Shown in pieces: positions 1 to 9,810 of a DNA stretch of 26,961 nt. Origin of the DNA: a bacterium. Its GTDB lineage: Bacteria > UBP15 > UBA6099. Under the pieces are notes generated by a model. It was not told where the DNA came from and made no database searches. It saw nothing but the letters and a program-made list of their open reading frames with translations. The position numbers and the translations under genes were made by a program. Within the stretch, counting starts at the first letter, position 1. Every line of letters starts with the position of its first letter. The DNA lies in the NCBI GenBank assembly GCA_022709505.1, contig JAKLIR010000003.1:1-26961 (forward strand), written 5' to 3'.

Positions 1-3000
1 TCCGGAGTTTGAAGGCTGATGTCCAAGTATTCGTTTTCGCCCGGCCATTGCGACAGGATGACGGGGCCCGTAATCCCGCCGTTGTTTCCGTAGTCAGTCA
101 CCCTTATCGCGAGCATCGCTTTTTCGGCGACCGTATTCGGGGGCTTTATTTCACAATACAAAGGAGTGCGCGCTTCGTCCGCGTAACTCATGCACACTCT
201 CGCTCCGTTCCAATAAACCTGCGCCTCGTCGTCGAAGCCTCCCTTGAACGCGAGCAGTAGCCTTTTCCCTCTCAAATCCTCCGGAATCCCTACCGACCTG
301 CGATACCATGCGGTTCCGTCGTATTCCTTGTATTTCGCGTCTTTCTCCCAAGTTCCGGGGACCTTCATCTTGTCCCAATCCCAATCCATCGTATAGGTTT
401 CATTCCACTCCTTCTGGTCTCCGGTTTTGAATTTCCAGCCGGAGTTCAAGGGGATGACGGTCGCGCCGGAAGCCTGTTCTTCGTTCGGGAGAACCACGAC
501 TTCGAGCGAGTCGCGGACGTCGCCGGAAACCGCGTCGTTGATCTCAGCGCCTATGAGGTACGAACCGGGGGCGGTGTTTGCCGGAACAGTCAAAGAGAGG
601 TTCTTTGTAATATATTCTCCGGGAGATACGCTGAAGCTGTCCCCGTTCGGAGAAGATTTCCAGTTCTTGGGCGGTTTTACAGAAATAGATCCTGTCGCTG
701 TGCGATTCTTGTAGCTGCTCGAAATACTTATGGGCGAGTCGAAAGATGAATCCACTCCGGCTTTGGAGTTGACGAAGATGCGTTGAGGTTTGAAATAAAT
801 CGAAAGAGGCAGGAACCCCTCGGGGGAGTCGCCGGAATTATATCGCCAGAACCTTGAAGTGACCGACTGCGGTTTCAGATCGACGGGAGACGGTTTGGCC
901 TTTTCCGTTTCATTTTTGAACGACCTTGTCTCGAAGGCGCCGAGTTTAACTGAAAAAGCGTTTTTCCCGTTCTTGATATCATTCAAGCAGTCATTTTCGA
1001 GGAAATCGGATTCGCACGTTTTTCGAATTGGAAAAAATGATTCTACCTTAGCTTCGGCGGCGCGCCCGTCGGACTCGAAAAGCCTGAGAGTGACTCCGTT
1101 CGCCGCGTCGTCGGTTTTTTCGGGGAACTCATAACGGGGGATTGCGAACCCGAAGGGTTTGAAAGCGGACAGGATGACGTTCGATGGTTTCACCGATATG
1201 AAGCTCATGGAAGGCGGAAGCATCCCGGAATGGTAGTCGGTGAGAGTCGAAATGGGTGGATTGTTAACCTCGTATCCCGCCCGTACCGCGCCCGAATCGC
1301 GCCAGTCTCCGGCCGATAAATTCAGTGAATAGTAGAACGAATGATCCCAGTTCTCGAACTCGAAATTGTCGTTGACCGGCGCTTTTCTTCTCGGGGGATC
1401 GAGCCAGACGCCGGAAGGCCATGCGCTGCTCGACCGCATGAAAGTGAGAGCGAGCGTGCCGTCCGGATAGATGATATAGCTCGGAGTTCCTTTATTAATC
1501 AGAGCAGCGGTTTTAATTTCGAGTTTGGAATCGAACGTTCCGAGCGAGCCACCTGTCGTGATGGAGGATTTTTCGGAGATTTCCTTCTCAATTGCTTTCA
1601 CGGCGCTCTCGGGGCAACCGGAGTCGGGGCAGATAATGAGCAGAACGGGGAGTCCGGCGTCGTCTTTCGCGAGTCTTTTTGAAAAGCCGGATTTTTGAAC
1701 TTCCTTTTCAACGGACGACATGAACGAAGCCGGCGCTTCGGAGGCGTCGAGTATTTTCCGAGTGTAAGAATTGATTTTCGGAGAGCCGATGCTGATTCTG
1801 AAGTCCGACATGGATGAATCGTAGCTGTCCTCGCAGCATCGTCTTGCCGACGCTCTTGTCGGAGTGGTAGTCACGCCGGACTTCACGAGAGCGACGGTCA
1901 GCCTGTCCGAGAAATCGAGATCGGCTTTCGGAGCCGAGTCGCCTGAGATTATTTCTCCTGCGCCGACCGCGATCGATTGTGTGGCTGTTTGAGGTGAAGA
2001 CGGCGTTTCGATCCTGAACGTGTTTGAAAGGGCGGCCCAGTTGTAGGCAGTGTTTCCGAGTGTCCACTTATAGACGGCCGTGTCCACGTCTCTCCCGAAA
2101 GGGCGGCCTATCGCGGCGTTCGCGACTTCGAACACCGGTTTCGAGCCCGCCGCATCGAGCGGAAAATGTACTCGGAACATCCAATCCCGTCCCTCGTAGC
2201 CCATTATCAAGCTGACGAAATCGATCCTCGGAAGCCCGTTGTAGAGATAAATCTCCTGACGTCGAAAGTAGCCCGGCTCATCAAGTTTGTAATCGTTTGC
2301 CGCGGAGATCAGGTATTGATTGCTGATTGTTACTTTGAGGGTGGCTTTCTTATCCTTGTCGAATTCGAATTTATATATCCAGAAGTTCTTGCCGTCCGCG
2401 AATCTGCCGCCCCCGGAGTCTATGTTCCCACCCGCGATGAACATGTATTTCTTTTCGGAATCGAGTCCAGGTCTGAATATTTCATGGACGGGTTTTCCGT
2501 TCACGTGTCCGGATACTTCTCCCAGAGAGAGGTTCGCGCCCCATCCGTCTTCCTCGAACGAATCTCCGAACCGCACGAATGCCTTTCCGGTCTTTTTAAT
2601 CATCGGCGTGAGGTCGATTTCAATGGTGCGTTTGTTTGAAGCGTCCTTGACGGGTGAAGCGTATTTGTGAAGCTCCTTGAATAAATCCGTCGGCTCGGCA
2701 GCGCCTTTTATCACTTCGGAGTCTTCAATCGTGACGCGGGTCAGCACCGGCCCTTTTTCGACGCGGACCTTCGTGGGCCGCTCGTGTGCGAAAACTTTCC
2801 TTCCCGTCGGCAGCAGATGCCACGGGCCGTCTCCAAGCCCCGGAGCCGTCGGATATTCCTTATATGCCACGATCTCGTTCGCGATTCCGTTCTGTTTTAC
2901 GAATTGTTTTCCCGTCTTCTTTTCACGTATCCCGGTTATGCCGCCGCCTGCCGCCGGATCGATGGTTACGACGAAAAAATCGTTTTCGATGTCGAATGCC

Positions 3001-4622
3001 TTATCCATCGATACGGGCGCCGCTATCTTTGCATCTTGAGCGCCGGCTCTTGAAAGGTGGTACACTCTGTATCCCACTGACGGGAGACTGTCGGCTTTGA
3101 AAACCACGGCGTCCGAGCCTCCGGAGCACCGGAGAGGTTCGGAACACGGGGCGGATTGCATGAACTGAGACGGTATTTCTTTTCCGTGCGTGTCTGTTAT
3201 TCGAAAAGCGTTGACGCCTGCCTTGTCCTTGTCTATGTAGTGCAAGACTATGTTCGTGACGTCCCAAGACAGCGGATTGAAAACAATTATCGGGGTTGAA
3301 GTCCCGGAAGGTTTTCCGAGTTTGGTGTCCGCTTGTGATGCGATGTGCGAGAGCGACGAATCGAGTGCAGTGGATGCGAGGCCGTAGGATTCGCGCCATA
3401 TCCCGTTCAGGTCGAGATACACCTGATCGCTTTCGCTGCCGGTCACGCCGTCGTGATGGGACAGGAATGCGAGCTGTCTCCAAGCGCGGTCGATCTCCAT
3501 GGAGGGATAAGCCGCGGCTGGAGTGAGAAGGTTTGCGATGGTGGAGAATTTTTCAGCGTTCAGAAGAGTGTTTTCCGCGAGACGGTTCGCCTGTTTGGTA
3601 TCGGTGAAGGAAACGGCGCAGCCGGGGAATACGGGGCTGAAGTCTCTGCTGACGAAAGGGATGTGCCGGTCGAGGTCGGAGGAGGATTTTCTCACAGCTT
3701 CGAAGAAAGATGAAACAGTTCCAATGCGGGCTTTCGGTGAAGTGTTTTCGGAGTTCCATTTCCGGGTGATCGGGCCGAGCAGTCTGTTCGGCGCCGCGAA
3801 GTCGTCGAGCATGGGAAGCATGATTTTAGGCGTAAGGGCGGTTCTTCGGAGGTCGTTGTACATCCCGAGAATCATGGGGCCGGCTTTCTGTTCGTCTTCG
3901 CCGATCTGACGTCCGTATCCGTAGAAGCCCGACATGTAATGAGTGAGGATCGTCGAGCCGTCGGGAGCGGTCCAGAAGAATTCAGTAGGGAAGTTGACGC
4001 CCGCGCGGTCGAAGCCCCATTCGTGGAAAGGGCCGCGCGCCCATGCGGATTCGGTGTGGCCCGCGCGTTTTGTGAATTGAGGGAAGTTGGGGTCGTGTCC
4101 GAAGACGTCGGTCTGAAGAGAGATCGTGTTTTTTCCGCCCATTATTTCATTCTGATAAATCATGCCGTAGGCGATGTTTCTTATCGTGTTTTCCGCGCCG
4201 ATCATGGTGGTCTGGGGTTCGTTGTACGATCCGCCGACGACATCGAGCCTGCCGGCCGCCATGAGTTCGCGCATGTATTTACGATCTTCGGGATAAACAT
4301 CCCAGTACGGTTTCAGATACGGGAGTTGCTCGACTATGAATGCGTAGTCTTTATCGACCCTGCACATCTGAAGGTATTGTTTGATGAGGTCGAACGCCGC
4401 GCTCACTCTCGATCCCGATGCATAGTCTTCGAGGTAGTGCTGCTGTGTGTTCCACCACATCGGGTCGAAGTGCCATCCGGGGATGAAGAACATCTCAGCC
4501 GTGGGGTCAGGCGGTCGGATGCTCGCCTCGTCAGGTTTTTGCAATTGGTTCTGAGCGCCGGCGATGTTGCAGAGGAGGCCGGCCGCCATTATTACGATAA
4601 TTAGGAAAACTGATTTTTTCAT
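1..4622 (-). CDS. Secreted multidomain glycoside hydrolase with a GH38 (alpha-mannosidase)-like catalytic region plus NEW3/CARDB-like and GH2-type sugar-binding jelly-roll domains. 5' complete; the 3' end runs off the window (>=1540 aa)
   Basis: On the reverse strand, ATG at 4622-4620 opens MKKSVFLIIVIMAAGLLCNIAGAQ (signal peptide). The frame stays open to position 3: in the ORF track, every minus-strand ORF terminating in this interval (151..384, 1708..2067, 3001..3483, 3553..3759) is in another frame. I checked three internal Met anchors (2442, 3498, 387) and all are in frame. GH38-like motifs: IPGWHFDPMWW (HxHxDxxW with the first His replaced by Gly), GGSYNEPQTTM, TDVFGHDP (DxFGH nucleophile motif). 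C-terminal WDKMKVPGTWE...DGTAWYRRSVGIPEDLRGKRLLLAFKGGFDDEAQVYWNGARV resembles a GH2-type sugar-binding domain. SISVKPPKNW...PGSYLIGAEI resembles NEW3/CARDB. Confidence 0.7.
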   Translation of the reverse strand, partial: MKKSVFLIIVIMAAGLLCNIAGAQNQLQKPDEASIRPPDPTAEMFFIPGWHFDPMWWNTQQHYLEDYASGSRVSAAFDLIKQYLQMCRVDKDYAFIVEQLPYLKPYWDVYPEDRKYMRELMAAGRLDVVGGSYNEPQTTMIGAENTIRNIAYGMIYQNEIMGGKNTISLQTDVFGHDPNFPQFTKRAGHTESAWARGPFHEWGFDRAGVNFPTEFFWTAPDGSTILTHYMSGFYGYGRQIGEDEQKAGPMILGMYNDLRRTALTPKIMLPMLDDFAAPNRLLGPITRKWNSENTSPKARIGTVSSFFEAVRKSSSDLDRHIPFVSRDFSPVFPGCAVSFTDTKQANRLAENTLLNAEKFSTIANLLTPAAAYPSMEIDRAWRQLAFLSHHDGVTGSESDQVYLDLNGIWRESYGLASTALDSSLSHIASQADTKLGKPSGTSTPIIVFNPLSWDVTNIVLHYIDKDKAGVNAFRITDTHGKEIPSQFMQSAPCSEPLRCSGGSDAVVFKADSLPSVGYRVYHLSRAGAQDAKIAAPVSMDKAFDIENDFFVVTIDPAAGGGITGIREKKTGKQFVKQNGIANEIVAYKEYPTAPGLGDGPWHLLPTGRKVFAHERPTKVRVEKGPVLTRVTIEDSEVIKGAAEPTDLFKELHKYASPVKDASNKRTIEIDLTPMIKKTGKAFVRFGDSFEEDGWGANLSLGEVSGHVNGKPVHEIFRPGLDSEKKYMFIAGGNIDSGGGRFADGKNFWIYKFEFDKDKKATLKVTISNQYLISAANDYKLDEPGYFRRQEIYLYNGLPRIDFVSLIMGYEGRDWMFRVHFPLDAAGSKPVFEVANAAIGRPFGRDVDTAVYKWTLGNTAYNWAALSNTFRIETPSSPQTATQSIAVGAGEIISGDSAPKADLDFSDRLTVALVKSGVTTTPTRASARRCCEDSYDSSMSDFRISIGSPKINSYTRKILDASEAPASFMSSVEKEVQKSGFSKRLAKDDAGLPVLLIICPDSGCPESAVKAIEKEISEKSSITTGGSLGTFDSKLEIKTAALINKGTPSYIIYPDGTLALTFMRSSSAWPSGVWLDPPRRKAPVNDNFEFENWDHSFYYSLNLSAGDWRDSGAVRAGYEVNNPPISTLTDYHSGMLPPSMSFISVKPSNVILSAFKPFGFAIPRYEFPEKTDDAANGVTLRLFESDGRAAEAKVESFFPIRKTCESDFLENDCLNDIKNGKNAFSVKLGAFETRSFKNETEKAKPSPVDLKPQSVTSRFWRYNSGDSPEGFLPLSIYFKPQRIFVNSKAGVDSSFDSPISISSSYKNRTATGSISVKPPKNWKSSPNGDSFSVSPGEYITKNLSLTVPANTAPGSYLIGAEINDAVSGDVRDSLEVVVLPNEEQASGATVIPLNSGWKFKTGDQKEWNETYTMDWDWDKMKVPGTWEKDAKYKEYDGTAWYRRSVGIPEDLRGKRLLLAFKGGFDDEAQVYWNGARVCMSYADEARTPLYCEIKPPNTVAEKAMLAIRVTDYGNNGGITGPVILSQWPGENEYLDISLQTP

Positions 4623-4709
4623 TTTTTCATCCCATGAGTATATTTATGACCGCGGTCCTCGAGTCGTCAGATCGCCGACGCGGCCGATCGTTTTTCAACG
4701 ACGGCTATT

Positions 4710-4718
4710 ATTATATCA
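4710..4718 (-). promoter_or_regulatory. Candidate extended -10 promoter (TGATATAAT) for the glycoside hydrolase gene
   Basis: Reverse complement of attatatca (4710-4718) is TGaTATAAT, about 88 nt upstream of ATG 4622. No good -35, which extended -10 promoters often lack. Confidence 0.3.
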
Positions 4719-4738
4719 CGTTAAACTAATCGATTATC

Positions 4739-6490
4739 TCAGCTATCAATGTCGCCCACGAGTTCTTTTCGGGTCGCGACGAAATCCTTGTATCCCTTGA
4801 TCTCGGCTTCGATTCCGGCTTCGTCCCATTCGAGCTTTTCGCCGAGGTATCTCGCGGCTTTTTCAACGCAGTCGAGACCTTCCCCGAATTGCTTCACGTT
4901 GCCTGTTCGAGTGAAAGCGTCGGACAGCTTCCGGCAATGCTCGTATTTGTATGCGAAAAGAAGAGAGCAGAGCGGCAGCGAATCGGGCGTTTCTCTGATC
5001 GGAGCGAGGTCGCCGGGCCCGGAAGCTACGGAAAGGAGAAGTTCGTATCTGCTTCCATAACGCCGGACGAGGGTTTCGATCATCCGCGCCGGCAAATTGG
5101 GATGCGCGCTTATTCCTTTGGCGATCATGTCTTCGAGCGTGCCTTCGAAAGAGCCGCCGGGGAAGCAATCCTTATGAGTCGAGGAGTATGGTTTAGATGG
5201 GTGTGCGAGGGAGAAAAGTTTTCTTCCGACCAATTCGCCGAGATGACGGGCGGGGCCGAGTTTACCGGAAACGGACACCATATTGGCGGCGTCCGGATGC
5301 CATTTTATCAGATCGCGCCTTGAAACAGCTTTCGGATCGCTCTTGCTCGGCTGGAACATCAACGGCCTGACCCGTGTGTAATATATGTCTCTCGACGTGT
5401 CGAACTTGAATTCCGGGAACTTCGCCGCGGTCTTTCTGATGACTTCCTTGACATCGTCCGAGAAAGTTCGATTATGGTTCTCGTTTTTCCTAAGTTCGAT
5501 GTCTCTTTCGGTCGTTCCTATAAGAATGCGGTCGTCTCCCTTGGAAATGGCGAATAGAATTTTCTTGTCGATCCAGAAGGCGAAAGCAGCGCCGCTGTCG
5601 CTGGTTTTCCAGAATCGAGGCACTATTAGATGAATGCCGGACACTCTGCGGAGGAGGTCCGGCCCGCCGATTCCCGCCTTTTTCTTCAAGTCATCTATGA
5701 AAATACCTGTTGAGTTGACGACGTATTTCGGCTTTATCGATGTGGTCGAGCCGTCGATGACGTCGCGGACTTCGACTCGGCTGATGCGGCCGTCCTTGCC
5801 TCTTTCGATCAGGGATGCTTCCACATAGTTGGCGGCTGATATCTGTGTTCCATTCTTATCCGCGTAGTGCTTCGCTGACAGAATGTTTTCGATCACGAGG
5901 CGTTCCACGTCCTCGATCTTGCAATCGGTGAACCTGAATCCGCCGACGAGATTATTCGGGTTGAGCTGATCTGATATTTTAAGCATTTTCGTTTTTGTGT
6001 ATTTCTTGTAACCGACTTCCTTGAAATCCGGTTTGAAACCTTTCATCAAAAGGCCGGCTATGGCGAACAACTTGTACATAAGCATACCGGACTGCATCAT
6101 CCACATACCCGCGCCGAGGTATTTTCCTATTGTTATGTTCATTTTCGGGATGAAGGGAATGCAGAAGTCGAAAGTGGTGCCGTCTCCCTTGTAAACGGGC
6201 ATGTAAAAGTTCAAATGCCGGACGAGATGTTTTGCGTTCCTGCTCAGGAGTTCGCGTTCCGTAAGGGACTCGAACACGAGCGGCCAATCCAAAAGCGACA
6301 TCAGATATCTGAAGCCGCCGTGCGCCATTTCAGTGGAGCCTGCGCTGACGTCGCCTCCGAAATCCGCTTTCTCGACGAGCAACGCCGACATGCCGTTCTT
6401 CGCGCATTCGCGAAGCACCGAGGTCCCGACTATTCCGCCGCCGATTATGAGTACATCGGGATTTTCGATCAATCTGCTTTTAGTCTCCAT
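4739..6490 (-). CDS. FAD-dependent oxidoreductase, DAO/GlpA-GlpD (glycerol-3-phosphate dehydrogenase/oxidase)-like
   Basis: The track ORF starts at GTG 6493, but ATG 6490 with SD AAGGGAGAGA at 7 nt is more likely. N-terminus METKSRLIENPDVLIIGGGIVGTSVLRECAKNG...EMAHGGFRYL...LTEREL matches the GlpD pattern (dinucleotide fold GxGxxG, HGGLRYL, ExERExL). Stop TGA at 4739. Confidence 0.75.
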   Translation of the reverse strand: METKSRLIENPDVLIIGGGIVGTSVLRECAKNGMSALLVEKADFGGDVSAGSTEMAHGGFRYLMSLLDWPLVFESLTERELLSRNAKHLVRHLNFYMPVYKGDGTTFDFCIPFIPKMNITIGKYLGAGMWMMQSGMLMYKLFAIAGLLMKGFKPDFKEVGYKKYTKTKMLKISDQLNPNNLVGGFRFTDCKIEDVERLVIENILSAKHYADKNGTQISAANYVEASLIERGKDGRISRVEVRDVIDGSTTSIKPKYVVNSTGIFIDDLKKKAGIGGPDLLRRVSGIHLIVPRFWKTSDSGAAFAFWIDKKILFAISKGDDRILIGTTERDIELRKNENHNRTFSDDVKEVIRKTAAKFPEFKFDTSRDIYYTRVRPLMFQPSKSDPKAVSRRDLIKWHPDAANMVSVSGKLGPARHLGELVGRKLFSLAHPSKPYSSTHKDCFPGGSFEGTLEDMIAKGISAHPNLPARMIETLVRRYGSRYELLLSVASGPGDLAPIRETPDSLPLCSLLFAYKYEHCRKLSDAFTRTGNVKQFGEGLDCVEKAARYLGEKLEWDEAGIEAEIKGYKDFVATRKELVGDIDS

Positions 6491-6540
6491 CACTATCTCT
6501 CCCTTGGGTTCCGGCCACCCTCACTTTTTATATTCTAAGA

Positions 6541-6580
6541 AAAAACGAAAAAACGCACAGCCTTCATCCGGCGGCGCGCC
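6541..6580 (-). terminator. Imperfect hairpin plus U-tract (GCGCCGCC-loop-GGCUGUGC then GUUUUUUCGUUUUU) between nagA and the oxidoreductase; possible partial terminator or attenuator
   Basis: Read directly on the reverse strand: 8-bp stem with one G-U pair and one mismatch, followed by a T-rich run. Confidence 0.35.
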
Positions 6581-6591
6581 TTTTCATGCGA

Positions 6592-7794
6592 TTACTTCTT
6601 ATAAACGATTTGACCGGCGATCATTGTCGCCATGCAATTGAAATCATTATCGAATATCGCTATGTCCGCGATCTTGCCGCTCTCCAAAACGCCAATTTCG
6701 CCTGCCATGCCGAGTTTCGACAGTCCGTTCGATGAAGCGCATCTGAAAGCGAGTTCGGGGGATGCGCCGAGAAGTCCGATCGCATTTTTCACGGCGTTGT
6801 TCAAAGTCAGGGCGCTTCCCGCGAAAGTGCCGTCCGCGAGAGTGACGGCGTTGTTTTTCATTGTGACTTTCAGCCCCCAGACTGAATAGTCGCCGTCGGG
6901 AAGTCCGGCTGCGTGTATCGAATCGGAGACGAGAACAAGTTTATCCGGCGCTTTCATCGCGAGAGCGACTTTCGCCGCGTCGGGATGCACGTGGATGTTG
7001 TCGAGGATTATCTCGACTGAACAACCGGGGTCCGAAAGGGCCGCGAACGCGCAACCGGGCTCGCGCTGATGGAAGGGGCGCACGGCGTTGAAGAGGTGCG
7101 TGAAATGGTTCGCTCCGTGCGCGATCGCCTCATGGGTCTGCTCGGCGGTAGCGTCGCTGTGCCCGATCGAGGGCAGAGCGCGCGCGGCGACGAGACGGTC
7201 GATCAAGGCGAGGCCGCCCTCGATCTCGGGTGCGACCGTCATCAACATCGGCGTGTTTTCGCCTACGGCGGCGAGTATCTCGTCTATTTCCTTATCGATC
7301 GGGTTCCTGATCGCCGGGGGAAGATGCGCGCCGGGACGCACTGGATTTATGTAAGGGCCCTCGATGTTCAGCGCGATTATTCGCGCGCCTGTATCGAAGC
7401 TTTCGCCGGGTATGACTGAGACGTCGGAACCGGCGGCTTGTTTACTCATCGCCTTTTTCATTTCGCCGATGGATTTAATGACTTGCGAGTGAGGCAGCGA
7501 AACCGTCGCGGGGGCGAAAGATGTCACCCCGAAGAGGGTGAGGGAATTCGCCATTTTGATGATTTCGTCAGCCGCGAAGAAACCCCAGAAACCGCCGTTG
7601 CCGTGTAGGTGGATATCAACGAGCCCGGGAGCTATCCAACCGCCTTGCGCGTCTATTTTCATAGAGTCAGGCGCGTCATCCGGCGAGCCTTCGGCAACGG
7701 ATTCGATCCTTCCCCCCGAAACCGTAACGTAACCTTTGCTTATGACTTTCTCTCTCGTTACTACTTTGCCGTTGAAAATAATTTGCTTGGACAC
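6592..7794 (-). CDS. nagA: N-acetylglucosamine-6-phosphate deacetylase
   Basis: 400 aa. GTG start with GGAGGA SD 9 nt upstream. Motifs GLVDIHLHGNGG (HxH metal site), NAVRPFHQREPG, and amidohydrolase-fold length. Confidence 0.85.
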   Translation of the reverse strand: MSKQIIFNGKVVTREKVISKGYVTVSGGRIESVAEGSPDDAPDSMKIDAQGGWIAPGLVDIHLHGNGGFWGFFAADEIIKMANSLTLFGVTSFAPATVSLPHSQVIKSIGEMKKAMSKQAAGSDVSVIPGESFDTGARIIALNIEGPYINPVRPGAHLPPAIRNPIDKEIDEILAAVGENTPMLMTVAPEIEGGLALIDRLVAARALPSIGHSDATAEQTHEAIAHGANHFTHLFNAVRPFHQREPGCAFAALSDPGCSVEIILDNIHVHPDAAKVALAMKAPDKLVLVSDSIHAAGLPDGDYSVWGLKVTMKNNAVTLADGTFAGSALTLNNAVKNAIGLLGASPELAFRCASSNGLSKLGMAGEIGVLESGKIADIAIFDNDFNCMATMIAGQIVYKK

Positions 7795-7810
7795 TGATGT
7801 ACGTCCTCCA

Positions 7811-8848
7811 TTAAAACGTTTGAGTTATTTTTTTAAGAAATCGCGGCTTGTCCGGATCGATGCCCTTTGCGTGTGAAAGAGCGTTTGCAAAGAACTGGAA
7901 GGGAACGATGTAGAAAATCGGACTGAATATTTCGTCCGTATCGACCGGCATGTTGATTGCCTTTGAAGCGATCTTCAACGCTGAAGGTCGATTCGATATT
8001 ATTATCGTTTCGAGATTTTTGTCGTTGAGGTCTTTGGAGAGCTGGGTAAGCGGCGCGGCCATGCGCCCCTCGGGGATGCAAACGAACGTCGGGAATCCCG
8101 CGCCTGTCATAGCGATGGGCCCGTGAAGAAAATCGGCCGTGGAGAAGGGCTGGGCGACTACATAGCTCGTCTCCATTAGTTTCAGCGCCGCTTCTTTGAC
8201 GGTCGAATAGTTGAAGCCTCGCCCGATGATCGCGCATCTGTCCATGTAACGGTATCTTTCGGTTATGGACTCTATCTGATCCCGCACGGCGAGGGTTTTT
8301 CTCATTTTCTCAGGAATGTGGGCCGCATGTAGCATGAATTTACGGTCGCCGCTCAACATCCCCGAAATCAGCATCAGAGCGAGAAGCTGACACGTATAGG
8401 TTTTCGTGGCCGCGAGGCCCTTTTCAAGTCCGGCGCGGAGAAGAATCACATCGTGCGCCGCGTTCGTGATGTCTGAGTCGGGGGTGTTCGTTATCCCGAT
8501 CGTGTAGGCCCCGGCTTTCTTTGCGTTTCTAAGAACCGTGTTTATGTCCGTGCCTTCACCTGATTGTGATATCCCGATGACCACGCCGCGCTTCAGTTGA
8601 GGTCTCCTCTTGTAAACGGTGTGGATGGAAGGCGCCGCGAGAGAGCAGGGGATTCCGTTCGCGTATTCGAACAGGTATTTCCCGTAAGTGGCGGCGTTGT
8701 CCGAACTGCCGCGCGCGGCGAGTTCGAAGAAAGCAGGCGAGTGGGCCTTGATCTTTTCCGCTATTGAAGTAATGTTCCTCGACTCCTCGTGGAGGAGTCT
8801 GTCGAGAGCGTCGGGTTGTTCGAGAATTTCAAGCAGCATTTTTGTCAT
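7811..8848 (-). CDS. Tandem-SIS-domain sugar-phosphate isomerase/deaminase (NagB-II / AgaS / GlmS-isomerase-like)
   Basis: 345 aa. N-terminus MTKMLLEILEQPDAL... resembles the GlmS isomerase domain. SIS motif GISQSGEGTD. The size fits two SIS domains. SD GAGGA 7 nt upstream. Stop TAA overlaps the nagA SD. Confidence 0.7.
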   Translation of the reverse strand: MTKMLLEILEQPDALDRLLHEESRNITSIAEKIKAHSPAFFELAARGSSDNAATYGKYLFEYANGIPCSLAAPSIHTVYKRRPQLKRGVVIGISQSGEGTDINTVLRNAKKAGAYTIGITNTPDSDITNAAHDVILLRAGLEKGLAATKTYTCQLLALMLISGMLSGDRKFMLHAAHIPEKMRKTLAVRDQIESITERYRYMDRCAIIGRGFNYSTVKEAALKLMETSYVVAQPFSTADFLHGPIAMTGAGFPTFVCIPEGRMAAPLTQLSKDLNDKNLETIIISNRPSALKIASKAINMPVDTDEIFSPIFYIVPFQFFANALSHAKGIDPDKPRFLKKITQTF

Positions 8849-8858
8849 TTGCGTGTCC

Positions 8859-9803
8859 TCATTTGAAATTGACGGCGAGATCCATGAGTATCTCGGCGTG
8901 AGTGAAAGGCGAACGTCTCTCGGGCGAAGCGGCGGTGGCGACCGAAGCCGCGACGCCGAACGAAACGGCTTCGTGAAGGGAAGAGCCTGTCGTGAGTTTG
9001 AATGCGACAGCCGCCGCGAATGCGTCTTCCGCCTCTGTGGAAACCGCTGTTACGCCGGATTTCGGCGGGTGATATTTGGTGTTTCTGAGACTGAGCGAAG
9101 TCGCCGCGCCGTCCTTGCCGAGATAGATCACCGGAGCGCCGACCCCTTTTCGCAGTAGAAGGTTGACGGCCTCGTTCACGGCTTTTAAAGAGCCCGGATA
9201 TATGCCGGTGAGAGATTCGGTCTCGCTCTTGTCGGCTATCAGGATGTCGAAGTTCGAGAGATGTTCCGCCGGGAAGGCGGAGGTGGGAGTTGCGGCGCAC
9301 ATTATGGGAATATTGAAGTGGTCGGCCATCACCATGGCGAAAGAGAATGTCTCGGCCGGGATGTCCGGGATGAGAATAATGATTTGGCAGGAGGAGATCA
9401 TGGCTTTCGCAGCGAGGAGCGAAGTGTTGGACATCGCGGACGCGGCGCCCGGGTAAACGAACCTCGCGTTGTTGCCGGACGGATCGAGCAGGGTGTGCGA
9501 AGAGCCGGTATCGTTTTTTTCCACGCGCTCCACGAAATCCACGTTCACGCCCGCGGTTCGCAGATCCGCGAGGACCTGATTTCCGGCGGAGTCCATGCCT
9601 ATGCAAGACAGGAGGAAAACGCGGCACCCGAGAGCCGCGAGATTAGCGGAGATCGCGGGCGCGCGCCCGCCGGGGGAGCTTACGGCCGGCCCGATCGGTA
9701 TGGTTTCGCCGGGATGCGGAAACCTCGGAGTCGAAAGCGCCATTTCGATGGTCGCTGCTCCTACGACTGCGACGTGCGGTTTTATTGTTTCTCTCACTTG
9801 CAT
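8859..9803 (-). CDS. PfkB/ribokinase-family carbohydrate kinase with degenerate anion-hole motif
   Basis: N-terminal SPGGRAPAISANLAALGCRVFLLSCIGMDSAGNQVL matches the GG(K)GANQA...LG...G.D.G signature. The C-terminal DTTGAGD motif is replaced by VSTEAEDAF. The track start is TTG 9812; ATG 9803 (MQVRETIKPHVAVVGAA) is equally plausible. Neither has a clear SD. Confidence 0.6.
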   Translation of the reverse strand: MQVRETIKPHVAVVGAATIEMALSTPRFPHPGETIPIGPAVSSPGGRAPAISANLAALGCRVFLLSCIGMDSAGNQVLADLRTAGVNVDFVERVEKNDTGSSHTLLDPSGNNARFVYPGAASAMSNTSLLAAKAMISSCQIIILIPDIPAETFSFAMVMADHFNIPIMCAATPTSAFPAEHLSNFDILIADKSETESLTGIYPGSLKAVNEAVNLLLRKGVGAPVIYLGKDGAATSLSLRNTKYHPPKSGVTAVSTEAEDAFAAAVAFKLTTGSSLHEAVSFGVAASVATAASPERRSPFTHAEILMDLAVNFK

Positions 9804-9810
9804 CACGGAC

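Noticed and set aside
9-4604. Many short plus-strand ORFs across 1-4.6 kb (for example 3939..4604, 221 aa), initially suggesting a gene-poor or degraded region
   Set aside because: All lie antisense to one continuous reverse-strand reading frame of 1540+ codons. That frame carries a signal peptide and GH38-like motifs, and is absent from the track only because it runs off the window edge.
4659-4696. Plus-strand hairpin (gatcgcc...ggccgatc) followed by TTTTT between the hydrolase start and the oxidoreductase stop
   Set aside because: The stem is imperfect, and no plus-strand gene ends nearby. On the relevant minus strand there is no U-tract. It is probably fortuitous, or at most a weak antisense terminator.
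8845-9627. 260-aa Arg-rich minus-strand ORF overlapping the kinase gene in another frame. Similar ORFs elsewhere: 3001..3483, 4863..5168, 1708..2067, 11621..12283, 13508..14056
   Set aside because: Alternative-frame and antisense artefacts of GC-rich coding sequence. They show extreme Arg/Ser/Pro bias, lack SD sequences, and overlap genes with clear homology.
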